A program made the position numbers and the translations under genes. Of a stretch of DNA of 64,000 bases, positions 1-8,840 are shown piece after piece. The DNA comes from Gemmatimonadetes bacterium 13_1_40CM_69_22 (GTDB lineage: Bacteria; Gemmatimonadota; Gemmatimonadetes; Gemmatimonadales; GWC2-71-9): contig MNEL01000018.1 in NCBI GenBank assembly GCA_001917665.1, positions 8,774 through 72,773 of the forward strand, written 5' to 3'. Every line of letters starts with the position of its first letter. Within the stretch, counting starts at the first letter, position 1. Under the pieces are notes generated by a model. It worked only from the letters and a program-made list of their open reading frames with translations. It was not told the DNA's origin and ran no database searches.

Positions 1-3
1 GCG

Positions 4-37
4 GGCGCCGGCTGGCCATAACCAGCGAACCGGCGCC
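4..37 (-). terminator. hairpin downstream of the first gene
   Basis: GGCGCCGGCTGG ... CCAG..CCGGCGCC, 9 nt beyond the stop at 46. No U-tract. Confidence 0.35.
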
Positions 38-45
38 GCGCCCCG

Positions 46-357
46 CTAGCCCTCGATCTTGTAGATCTCCCGCCGCCCAAACTCCACAAAGTCGTGATAG
101 CCCTTCATGATGGTCTCGAACTCCTTCATGGCTTCGCTGCCCTGTCCCTGTCCCTGCATCATCTCCTCGAAGGCTTGCATGCTCGGGACTTCGAACTCCG
201 TCACAATCGTCCAGTATCGCTCGGCACAGAGGTCCGTCATGATGCGCATCTTGCCCTGTCCCAGCTTTTCGCTGAGCTTCGCCATGGCGAGGGACTTTTC
301 GACCATCGGGCGCACCTTGCCGGGTTTGCAGTACATGATTTCGCGGATCAGTAACAT
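46..357 (-). CDS. small soluble alpha+beta-barrel-like protein (NIPSNAP/ABM-like), function unknown
   Basis: ORF 46..399 trimmed to start MLLIREIMYCKPGK. About 100 aa, K/E-rich. Family assigned by resemblance only. Confidence 0.55.
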   Translation of the reverse strand: MLLIREIMYCKPGKVRPMVEKSLAMAKLSEKLGQGKMRIMTDLCAERYWTIVTEFEVPSMQAFEEMMQGQGQGSEAMKEFETIMKGYHDFVEFGRREIYKIEG

Positions 358-412
358 GGTGTCTCCTGAGGTTGCAGGGCTGCCAGTGGTGGATCGCACT
401 GCTTTTTCGATC

Positions 413-1537
413 TCAGACTGCGGGGCGCGCGGGGCCGCGATCGTAGTGAAGGCCCGTCGGTCCGATGTAGGCCGATTGCGGGCGGATCAACCGTCCGTCG
501 CGCAGTTGTTCCAGGCAGTGTGCCGACCAGCCGAGGACGCGCCCGACGGCGAACGTCGGAGTGAACAGTTCGGACGGGAACCCCAGACCGTGCAGCAATA
601 GCGCCGTGTAGAACTCGACATTGGTGTCGAGTCGCCGTTCTGGCTTGCGTTCACGCAGCAGACGAAGCGCGGTGGCTTCGACCTGCTGCGCAAGGTCATA
701 GAGGCGTTGATCGCCGCCGCTCGCATAGAAGCGCTCGGCAGCTCGGGCAAGCACATCCGCACGCGGGTCACGCACTCGGTAGATGCGATGTCCGAATCCC
801 ATGAGACGCTCGCCGCGATCGAGTTTGGCGCGGATGACGCTTTCCGCCCGTTCGGGAGTGCCGATTTCGAACACCATATCCAGCGCAGGACCTGGTGCCC
901 CGCCATGCAATGGACCCTTGAGCGCGCCGACGGCGCCGGTGATCGCGGAAATGAGATCGGATCGGGTGGAGACGATAACCCGTGCCGCGAATGTTGAGGC
1001 GTTGAGACCGTGATCGCACACGGTGTTGAGATAGGTTGCTAACGCGCGTGCCCGTTCCGTTGATGGCTCGGCGCCGAATACTTGATGCAGGTAATGGGCC
1101 GCGTGCGGGAGGTCGGAACGCACGGGGACCGGCTCTTGCCCGTTGAGAGCTCGCCAATAGGCCCCGACGATCGTCGGGAAGGACGCGATTGCGGTCATCG
1201 CGTCGTCGCCGGGGCTCTCTTCGCGGCCGAGGCTGAGCAGGGCCGCCGCCATCCGCAAGGCGTCGATGGGTCGTGCCTGTGTAGCAGCGGCTTCGTGAAG
1301 TACTTCAAGTACAAGGCGGGACAGCGCTCGCCGTCCGGCCAGATCCTGCGTGAACCGGACGCGCTCCGCTGGCTCCGGCAGGCGGCCATGCAGCAGCAGG
1401 TACGCCACTTCCTCGAAGCTGGCGTACGGAGCCAGATCTTCCACGGCATACCCGGCGATGGTGAGTCGACCCGCCTCGCCATCGACATGGCTGAGTCGGG
1501 TCGACGTGGCCACGACGCCTTCCAGGTCCTCCGGCAT
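413..1537 (-). CDS. citrate synthase family enzyme (citrate/2-methylcitrate synthase)
   Basis: ORF 413..1705 trimmed to MPEDLEGVVA. Contains the citrate synthase signature GFGHRIYRVRDPRADVL and the GPLHGGAPG motif. Confidence 0.85.
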   Translation of the reverse strand: MPEDLEGVVATSTRLSHVDGEAGRLTIAGYAVEDLAPYASFEEVAYLLLHGRLPEPAERVRFTQDLAGRRALSRLVLEVLHEAAATQARPIDALRMAAALLSLGREESPGDDAMTAIASFPTIVGAYWRALNGQEPVPVRSDLPHAAHYLHQVFGAEPSTERARALATYLNTVCDHGLNASTFAARVIVSTRSDLISAITGAVGALKGPLHGGAPGPALDMVFEIGTPERAESVIRAKLDRGERLMGFGHRIYRVRDPRADVLARAAERFYASGGDQRLYDLAQQVEATALRLLRERKPERRLDTNVEFYTALLLHGLGFPSELFTPTFAVGRVLGWSAHCLEQLRDGRLIRPQSAYIGPTGLHYDRGPARPAV

Positions 1538-1679
1538 GCCCCGGATTTGGGGAGGATATCTCGGATTGTCAATATTGATTGCAGCATCGCTGGAGCAGAT
1601 TGCCGTCTCGAACGGCGAGCGGTATATCACCGTGACGCTGGACACGCGGCCGGCTCCTCTTCCGAAAGGACGCCCCCCC

Positions 1680-2174
1680 ATGATCTTCGGCATCACGACG
1701 TTCACGTTGATTCACGTTGTGGTGAGTCTCGTCGGGATCTTCGCAGGGCTCGTGGTCGCGGGAGGGCTCGTCGCCGGCAAGCGGCTCGACGGCTGGACCG
1801 GCGTCTATCTGGTGACGACCGTCGCGACGAGCGTCACCGGATTCGGCTTTCCGTTCGTGGCGTTCCTGCCGTCGCACGCCGTCGGGATCATCTCGCTCGT
1901 CGTCTTGGCCGCCGTGATCGTCGCGCGCTACGTCAAACACCTGACCGGCGCCTGGCGCAGGATCTACGTATGGGGCACCGTGCTCGCGCTCTACCTGAAC
2001 GTCTTCGTCCTGCTCGTGCAGCTGTTCCGGCGGCTTCCGGCCCTCATTGTCGCCGCGCCGAAGCAGCAGGAGCCGCCATTTCTGGTGACGCAGCTCGTCG
2101 TACTCGTCCTGTTCGTCTGGCTGGGGCGGGCCGCAGTCAAGGGATTCCGCGCTGAGCCGGGCGGTATGGCGTGA
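1680..2174 (+). CDS. integral membrane protein, unknown function
   Basis: Second half of ORF 1350..2174 from MIFGITTFTLIHVV. Four to five hydrophobic helices. The upstream part of the ORF is antisense to the citrate synthase gene. Confidence 0.6.
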   Translation: MIFGITTFTLIHVVVSLVGIFAGLVVAGGLVAGKRLDGWTGVYLVTTVATSVTGFGFPFVAFLPSHAVGIISLVVLAAVIVARYVKHLTGAWRRIYVWGTVLALYLNVFVLLVQLFRRLPALIVAAPKQQEPPFLVTQLVVLVLFVWLGRAAVKGFRAEPGGMA

Positions 2175-2313
2175 CGTCCCAGGAGGGGAGCACGAGTGCA
2201 GCGTCGGCCAGCCTGGCGGAGGGCAGCGGACGGCCGTTTTCGGAGACGCTCGCTGAGTCGTTTCGCGAGTCCTTCGCCCGCCTCGACCGTGCGCCGCAGC
2301 GCCGCGAGCGATC

Positions 2314-2856
2314 ATGAACTTCGATCTCGACCTGTCGATAGAGATGCTGCGACGGACGCCCGGCACCCTCCGGGCGCTCCTCGACGGCTTGGGTGCGCCG
2401 TGGATTCGCGGCACGGAAGGTCCCGACACATTCAGCCCGTTCGATGTTGTGGGGCATCTCATCGATGGTGAGGAGACCGACTGGATCCCACGTGCTCGCA
2501 TCATGCTCGCGAAGGGGCCCGAGCTTCGTTTCGAGCCGTACGATCGTTTCCGCCACCGGACGCGGAACGCCGGCAGGCCGCTGGAGTCACTGCTCGCGCA
2601 GTTTGCCAGCCTGCGTGCCGCGAATATGGCGCTGCTGCGCTCCTGGAAGCTTACGGCACGGGAGCTCGAGCTTCCCGGTGAGCACCCGAGCTTGGGGCGT
2701 GTGACGCTGCGGCAGTTGTTGGCCGCCTGGGTCGTGCATGACCTGGGCCACGTGGCGCAGGTCGCGCGGGTGATGGCCAAGCAATACCGGGATGAGGTCG
2801 GTCCCTGGGTGCCCTTTCTGCCCGTGCTCACGGACCGCATGGCGCCCCGCTCGTAG
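2314..2856 (+). CDS. DinB-family (DinB_2) metal-dependent protein
   Basis: 180 aa. Spaced His residues typical of the DinB four-helix bundle (GHLIDGEE, VVHDLGHVAQV). Confidence 0.7.
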   Translation: MNFDLDLSIEMLRRTPGTLRALLDGLGAPWIRGTEGPDTFSPFDVVGHLIDGEETDWIPRARIMLAKGPELRFEPYDRFRHRTRNAGRPLESLLAQFASLRAANMALLRSWKLTARELELPGEHPSLGRVTLRQLLAAWVVHDLGHVAQVARVMAKQYRDEVGPWVPFLPVLTDRMAPRS

Positions 2857-2875
2857 GGTCGCGGTCCAACCCCCC

Positions 2876-4048
2876 ATGTCGTTCCTGCGAGACTACTGGT
2901 GGGTCACGCTCCTCAGCGTCCTCCTGCTCGTGTGGGCGTGGCGAACGCGGCGGCGCCCGCGTCCGGAACCCGATGAGCGGATCGTTGTCGCGGGACGCCG
3001 CACGCCCGGCCCGGGTCAAGCGATGGAGGCGTCCATCCGCCCCGGGGACGTCGCTCGTCGCTTGGCGGCGCATCATCGCGCCACGCGACGCGCCCGGCGG
3101 TCATTCCTCGCGGCCGCGCTGCTCTTCGGATGCACTGCGACGTGGCTCGTCTGGCGCCTGGCCCTGCCTCGCCCGCTTGTGCCCCTCACGGCGGCTGGGG
3201 TGCTCGCCGTAGTCTTGGTTGGCCTCAGAGTCCTGCGCCGCCGCACCGCGGTCCGTTTGGAGCGGCTGGGGGATCCCGGCCCGCCGCTTGTCCCTCGCGC
3301 CATGCTGGGCCGGCGCTACGCCCTCCACCGCCGCTTCCAGCGCGTCGTGTTCGCCGTGTGGATCGCTCCGGTAGTCGCGGGCATGCTGCTGGCCCCGCTG
3401 CTCCAGCCCGTCTTGCCCAGCGCGTGGCGGGGCGTGGGGGTGTACGTCGCTCTGCTGGCGGTGTTCTTCGGCGGAGCCGTAGTGGCCGCACTGCTGGACC
3501 GCGCCAAGCGCCGGGCCACGGGCCTCGCGTGCCCGGCGTGCGGCGCGACGCTGGTCTCGATGACGGGTCTGTCTTTGGACGGCGATCGCTGCCCCGACTG
3601 CGGCCTTCCCATCGTTGACGATGCGGGGGCCGCCGCGATACCGCCTGCGGTCGTCCGTCCTGACCTTGGCGCGCTCCCCAGCTCCGCCCAAGAATTTACC
3701 GAGCGGCATGCACGCCTCGAGCGCGACAACCAGGCCGATTACGTTGTGCTGATCCCGGTCGCGGTCCTGGTCTTTGGGGGCTCGCTCGTGCTGCTCATGT
3801 CGCGGGCCCGGTCGGGGCTCTCTCCGAACGCGACCTTCGTCCCGCCCCTCGCTGGCATGGTCGCGAGCCTCGCGCTGCTGATGTGGGGCACGCAGCGCTG
3901 GGAGACGCGGGCCCGGCGTCTTGGTCTCGCGTGCCCGAGCTGTGACGCGCTCCTCGTGGGCGGCGCGGCGGACTCGACCACGACGGACGTGCGGACCCGC
4001 GGCGTGTGTCCTGCGTGCGGGACCGTGTTGTGGCACGCCGCCGCCTAG
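2876..4048 (+). CDS. polytopic membrane protein with two CxxC...CxxC zinc-ribbon loops
   Basis: ORF 2792..4048 trimmed to MSFLRDYWWVTLL. Two modules, each with TM helices followed by a ribbon: CPACGATLV..CPDCG and CPSCDALLV..CPACG. Confidence 0.6.
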   Translation: MSFLRDYWWVTLLSVLLLVWAWRTRRRPRPEPDERIVVAGRRTPGPGQAMEASIRPGDVARRLAAHHRATRRARRSFLAAALLFGCTATWLVWRLALPRPLVPLTAAGVLAVVLVGLRVLRRRTAVRLERLGDPGPPLVPRAMLGRRYALHRRFQRVVFAVWIAPVVAGMLLAPLLQPVLPSAWRGVGVYVALLAVFFGGAVVAALLDRAKRRATGLACPACGATLVSMTGLSLDGDRCPDCGLPIVDDAGAAAIPPAVVRPDLGALPSSAQEFTERHARLERDNQADYVVLIPVAVLVFGGSLVLLMSRARSGLSPNATFVPPLAGMVASLALLMWGTQRWETRARRLGLACPSCDALLVGGAADSTTTDVRTRGVCPACGTVLWHAAA

Positions 4049-4279
4049 CCCGGCCTCGGCAGAATTCCATTTGGGCGCCAACGTACGCTCCATGGCCATC
4101 ACACTCCCGCCCGCAGTGAAGCAGAAGCTCCTGGGCTCCAGTCGAGTTGCCCCTTCGACGGTCGCGCCTATCATTGGATGGCCAGACAATCGTCGTGCCG
4201 CACCTCAAGGGCAATCCGTTGTGCGGAATGAGAGGTGAGCGCGATCCACTCCCATCGCGAACATTGCCGAGGCGAACTC

Positions 4280-5214
4280 ATGCGATCCGCCCTCACGTTG
4301 TGGCTGCTCCTGGTCCTCGCCACCAGCGGCGCGGCGCAGAGGCGCAGCGCAGACCCCGACTCCGTGCGCATCGTCACAAGCGACATCGACAACTTCTGGC
4401 GGGCCTACGATCGGCTCGCGAGGCACTCGACCCACGAGGACAGCGTCCGCGCCCTCGCAGAGCAATACTTCAAGCCCGCGAGCCCCGGCCTCTCCGAGTT
4501 CATTCGCCTGCGGATCGGCAATCCAGACTCGCTGGTCGGCGCGCTGGGCACGCTGCCGCGCTACTACGCGGCGATCCGGCCGAACACGCTCCGCATCCAT
4601 CAGATGACGCCGATCATTCGCGACGGGCTACACCGCTTCCAGGCGCTCTACCCCGAGGCCGCCTTCCCCGACGTCTACTTCCTGATCGGGCGCTTCAGCA
4701 GCATGGGCACACTGTCGGACAGCGGGCTCTACATCGGAGCCGAGATGGTTTCGACCGACTCGTCCACGCCGACGGACGAGCTGCCTGGCTGGGCGCGGGG
4801 CGTGACGCTTCGCTCCGAAGTCATCCCGTGCATCGTGGTGCACGAGCTCGTGCACTATCAGCAAGACAACGCCCGGAGCCGAACTCTGCTCGCGAGCGTG
4901 CTGAACGAAGGGGTCGCCGACTTCCTGGGCGATCTCGCGGTCGGCTGCCAGGCGACCGGATCCGTCGTCTATGGGTATGGCGACCCAGCACGAGCGGCAG
5001 CTCTGGCTGGAGTTCCAACAGGCGAAGCACGGGACCGACTATAGCCGGTGGCTCCACAACGGACTCACCAGCACCGACCGACCCGCCAACCTGCGAAGCG
5101 GATGGAGAGGTGAGACCTCGGCCGGACCGACAACGCGCCGCCGCGTTAGCTTGGAAGATGCTCCGCGATCCCCAAGGGTCCGCACCCATGACCATCGTGG
5201 CCTCCTGTGCTTAG
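4280..5214 (+). pseudogene. DUF2268-like predicted Zn-dependent protease, reading frame broken twice
   Basis: Signal peptide MRSALTLWLLLVLATSGAAQ and an HELVHYQQ motif in the frame of ORF 4235..5044. The protein-like sequence continues as QHERQLWLEFQQAKHGTDYSRWLHNG in the frame of ORF 4971..5255. It then continues as CEA..PDRQRAAALAWKMLRDPQG in the frame of ORF 4147..5214. Confidence 0.6.
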
Positions 5215-5251
5215 TGGCTCACCAACAACCAACGGAAAACGCAAGAAGGCT

Positions 5252-5926
5252 ATGAACAGACGTGTTCTTGTAATCGCCGCGCTAGCCTGTGCCGCTGAGC
5301 TCTCCCCTGCTTCGAAGGTTGGCGGTCAGCAGAAAATAATCGAGCCTGATCTAGCTGGGCTTGCCGACGGTAACGGTTTGAAAGTCTTCAACCGCAGCGT
5401 GAGTAGCCTCAAGGACGGAGCCAAGAAAGGTGTTCGTCTCAGCGAAAACTCCGGCGAGGGCGTAGCGTACCTGCAAGGGATTGAGTTTACCAACGGCACC
5501 ATCGAATTTGACGTCAGGGGCAAGGACGTCCAGCAACAGAGCTTCCTCGGTGTTGCTTTTCATGGGGTCGACGGAACGACTTATGAGGCGATCTACTTCC
5601 GGCCGTTCAACTTCAGGGCTGTAGACGCGGCAAGACGGAGCCACGCCGTACAATACATCTCACATCCCACCTATCCGTGGCAGAAGTTGCGAGCCGAGCA
5701 GCCGGGGAAGTACGAGCAGGCCGTCAATCCCGTGCCGGACCCGAACGCTTGGTTTCATGTGCGCGTGGTCGTTGCAAGTCCGAAGGTGAGCGTCTTCGTC
5801 GGTGATGCGAAACAACCCAGCTTAGTGGTCGACCAGTTGAGCGACCGCAAGCAAGGATTGGTCGGTCTTTGGGTGGGGAACACCTCCGGCGGAGATTTCG
5901 CTAACTTCAGAATAATTCCAGCCTAG
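5252..5926 (+). CDS. secreted concanavalin/LamG-like (DUF1080-like) protein
   Basis: ORF 5207..5926 trimmed to MNRRVLVIAALACAA (signal peptide). Beta-rich sequence ending LVGLWVGNTSGGDFANFRIIP. GC and GC3 are clearly lower than in neighbouring genes. Confidence 0.6.
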   Translation: MNRRVLVIAALACAAELSPASKVGGQQKIIEPDLAGLADGNGLKVFNRSVSSLKDGAKKGVRLSENSGEGVAYLQGIEFTNGTIEFDVRGKDVQQQSFLGVAFHGVDGTTYEAIYFRPFNFRAVDAARRSHAVQYISHPTYPWQKLRAEQPGKYEQAVNPVPDPNAWFHVRVVVASPKVSVFVGDAKQPSLVVDQLSDRKQGLVGLWVGNTSGGDFANFRIIPA

Positions 5927-5942
5927 CGACAGAGAGGGATCG

Positions 5943-6356
5943 ATGAGCACGAACGTAGGCACGGGGACTTCCGTCGTGTGTTCGGTCGCGCCCATGCTGT
6001 CGGTGCGGAATGGCGCGCGAGCGGTGGAGTTTTACAAGGCGGCCTTCGGGGCGATCGAGGTCTACCGTGTGGAGGATCCCGGCGGTTCGGTGGTATCTCG
6101 GCTGTCCGTTGATGGTGCGGAGTTTTGGCTGAGTGACGAGTCCCCTGAGCATGGCAACTTCAGTCCGGAGTCGCTGGGCGGTGGCACTGCTCGGATGATC
6201 CTGACCGTGCCGGATCCTGATGCGATGTTCGCCAAGGCACTTGCCGCGGGTGCTCGAGCGGTCGTCGCGGTGGAGGAAGCGTACGGGTGGCGGTTGGGCC
6301 GCGTGGTCGATCCCTTCGGCCATCACTGGGAGATCGGCCGTCCGCTCGCGTCCTAG
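5943..6356 (+). CDS. VOC/glyoxalase-family protein (PhnB-like)
   Basis: 137 aa. Motifs MLSVRNGARAVEFYKAAFGA and VDPFGHHWEIG are typical of the glyoxalase/bleomycin-resistance fold. Confidence 0.75.
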   Translation: MSTNVGTGTSVVCSVAPMLSVRNGARAVEFYKAAFGAIEVYRVEDPGGSVVSRLSVDGAEFWLSDESPEHGNFSPESLGGGTARMILTVPDPDAMFAKALAAGARAVVAVEEAYGWRLGRVVDPFGHHWEIGRPLAS

Positions 6357-6368
6357 CCCCCAGCACAT

Positions 6369-7619
6369 TCACTCGTAGCGCAGCGACTCCACCGGATCGA
6401 CCGCCGCGGCGCGGCGCGCGGGCAGGATGCCGGCGATCAGCCCCACGCTGATCAGGATGCCGACACAAATCAGCGCGATGGGCCACGACAGCTTTGGGTT
6501 GAGGATGTACTGCATCGCCGGGTTGTCTTGCTTCGGGATCGCGTCGACCCCGAGCACGAGGAGCGCCGCCGTCGCGAGTCCCACCAGCCCGCCGGAAAGG
6601 GCGATCGTCATGGCCTCGAACAGGAATTGCGCCATGATGTGCCGGCGGCGCGCCCCGAGCGCGAGCTTGATGCCGATCTCGTGCGTCCGCTCCTTTACTA
6701 CGACGTACATGATATTCGCGACACCGACGCCGGCGATGAGGAGCGTAAAGACCCCGACGAGCCCCAAGAAGATCTGGATGCCGAGCCCGACGGCGAGGTT
6801 CTCCTTTTCGCTTTCGATGAAGTCCCACATGCCCAGCGCCCGCTCATCCTGGGGGTCGAAGCGGTACTTCTGCGCCAGGACGCGGTAGAGCTCCGCCTTC
6901 ACCATGGGTCCCCGGGACGCATCGTGCGGCTGCACGACGAGATGGTTCACGAACCGGTTGCCGTAGATGGTGCGAAACGTCGCATAGGGGATGACGCCGC
7001 GGTCCGCGTCCGGCCCGTTGTTGCTCGAGTCCTGGAACTTCTTCTGCAGCACCCCGACCACGGTGAAGGGCAAGCCATCCACCACGACGCTTTTGCCGAT
7101 CGGATCCACGCCCTTGCCGAAGATCCGCTCCGCCAGCTCGTTGCCGAGGAACAGCACGCGCCGTTTCTGCGCGATGTCGGCGGCGTTGATGAAGCGCCCG
7201 CCCTGCGCCGGCTCCATGTGGCGCATGGCCTCGTGATCGGGACCCACGCCCTCGAGGAATGCGTTGGTGCGGGTCTTGCCCAGCTGAAAGGCGGTACCCC
7301 AGCGCCCGTACGAGATACTTCCCCGGTCGATATCCGGGATCGTGCTCTTCAGGAGCTCGAGGTCCTCTTCCACGAGCCGGATGCGCCGGCCCTGCCCCAA
7401 CCCGGCGAATGCCTTGCTGGTCTCGCCGCCGTAGATCATGAAGATCCGCTCGCCGGCGCCCAGCAGGCCATCACGGACGGTGCGCTTCAGTCCCTCACCG
7501 AACGCCAGCAGCAGCACCACCGCGAGCGTTCCCCAGGTGACCGCGAAGAACGTGAGGAAGGCCCGGGTGCGCTGCACCTTCAAGTCGCCGATGAATTCCT
7601 GGAGCAGGATGTAGAACAT
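6369..7619 (-). CDS. ABC-transporter permease, MacB/FtsX type
   Basis: ORF 6369..8048 trimmed to MFYILLQEFIGDLKVQRTRAF. N-terminal TM helix, large periplasmic domain, C-terminal FtsX-type 3-TM bundle ending VESLRYE. Confidence 0.85.
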   Translation of the reverse strand: MFYILLQEFIGDLKVQRTRAFLTFFAVTWGTLAVVLLLAFGEGLKRTVRDGLLGAGERIFMIYGGETSKAFAGLGQGRRIRLVEEDLELLKSTIPDIDRGSISYGRWGTAFQLGKTRTNAFLEGVGPDHEAMRHMEPAQGGRFINAADIAQKRRVLFLGNELAERIFGKGVDPIGKSVVVDGLPFTVVGVLQKKFQDSSNNGPDADRGVIPYATFRTIYGNRFVNHLVVQPHDASRGPMVKAELYRVLAQKYRFDPQDERALGMWDFIESEKENLAVGLGIQIFLGLVGVFTLLIAGVGVANIMYVVVKERTHEIGIKLALGARRRHIMAQFLFEAMTIALSGGLVGLATAALLVLGVDAIPKQDNPAMQYILNPKLSWPIALICVGILISVGLIAGILPARRAAAVDPVESLRYE

Positions 7620-7621
7620 GC

Positions 7622-8839
7622 TCAGGTTCGCAGTGCCTCCACCGGATCGAGCGCCGCCGCGCGCCGGGCCGGCATGAGGCCCGCGGCAAACGCCACCGCC
7701 GCGAGCAACGCGAGCGTCGCCGCGAGTACCATCGGAGAAATCGTCGGCACGCCGACAAACTCTTTGATGGGCAGCCCGCCGAGCGCGGCCACGAGCCCGA
7801 ACGAGAGCAGCAGGCCGAGCATCGCCCCCATGGTCACGATCATCAGGGCCTCGGCGAAGAACTGGCGCATGATGTCGGCGCGGGCGGCGCCCACGGCGCG
7901 CCGGACCCCGATCTCGCGCGTGCGCTCCCGCACCACGATGTACATGATGTTCGCCACCCCGATGCCGCCGACCAGCAGGGTGAAGCTCCCGACGATGGCG
8001 AAGAAGATGTTGAAGGCGACGAACATCTTGCCGAACCGGGTCTCCCACTCGCTCGTGTCCCAGAACGCGAGGGCGTCCTTGTCCAGCGGGTCGAACTTGT
8101 ACGCGCGTGCCATCGTCTCGTACACCCGCCGCTCGGCCAGCTTGGTGACCTCCGGACTCCGCGCGCGATACACGATGTTGTTCAGGAAGCGGTTGCCGAA
8201 CAGGGCGTAGTGCGTCGTCGCCGGAATGAAGATCCGGTCCTTGTCCCGCTGCTGATAGGAGGAGTTCTGCAGCTTGGGGCGCATCACCCCCACGACGGTG
8301 AACGGCGTGTCGCCCAAAAGCACCTGCTGCCCGACCGGCGCTCCGCCACCGAACAACAGCTTGGACAGCTCGTCGCCCAGCACGGCCACCCGCCGCCGCT
8401 CGGCGACGTCGCGCTCGTTGATGAAGCGGCCGCCGGCCTCGGCGATGATGTTGCGGATCAGGCCGTACACGGGGAGGATGCCGGTGACGGCGGGCGAGGC
8501 CGCCTTGACGCCGCGCCGCACCCGCGCGCTCTGCGTGATGAACTCCGGACTGATGAACTCGATCTCGACGACTTCGCGGGCGAGCAGTTGCACGTCATCG
8601 GGCCGCAGGCGGATCGGGCGGCCATCGCCGAACCCGGCGAACGGCTTGGTGGTGCGTCCGCCGAACAGAATCACGATGCGGTCGCCCAATCCGTGAAACC
8701 GCTTCTTGGTTTGCCGCTCCAGACCGACACCGAACGCCAGCAGCACCACCACCGCCACCGTGCCCCAGGCGATCCCGAGTACGGTGAGGGAGGTGCGGAG
8801 CTTCTGCGCTCCCAGATCGGCGACGAACTCGCGCCACAC
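7622..8839 (-). CDS. ABC-transporter permease, MacB/FtsX type (paralog of 6369..7619)
   Basis: 405 aa with the same architecture (MWREFVADLGAQKLRTSLTVLGIAWG ... VEALRT). A 2-nt gap separates it from the downstream paralog. Confidence 0.85.
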   Translation of the reverse strand: MWREFVADLGAQKLRTSLTVLGIAWGTVAVVVLLAFGVGLERQTKKRFHGLGDRIVILFGGRTTKPFAGFGDGRPIRLRPDDVQLLAREVVEIEFISPEFITQSARVRRGVKAASPAVTGILPVYGLIRNIIAEAGGRFINERDVAERRRVAVLGDELSKLLFGGGAPVGQQVLLGDTPFTVVGVMRPKLQNSSYQQRDKDRIFIPATTHYALFGNRFLNNIVYRARSPEVTKLAERRVYETMARAYKFDPLDKDALAFWDTSEWETRFGKMFVAFNIFFAIVGSFTLLVGGIGVANIMYIVVRERTREIGVRRAVGAARADIMRQFFAEALMIVTMGAMLGLLLSFGLVAALGGLPIKEFVGVPTISPMVLAATLALLAAVAFAAGLMPARRAAALDPVEALRT

Positions 8840-8840
8840 G

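Noticed and set aside
6528-8210. 560-aa ORF on the plus strand
   Set aside because: Antisense to the two MacB-type permease genes, whose own frames have clear family motifs.
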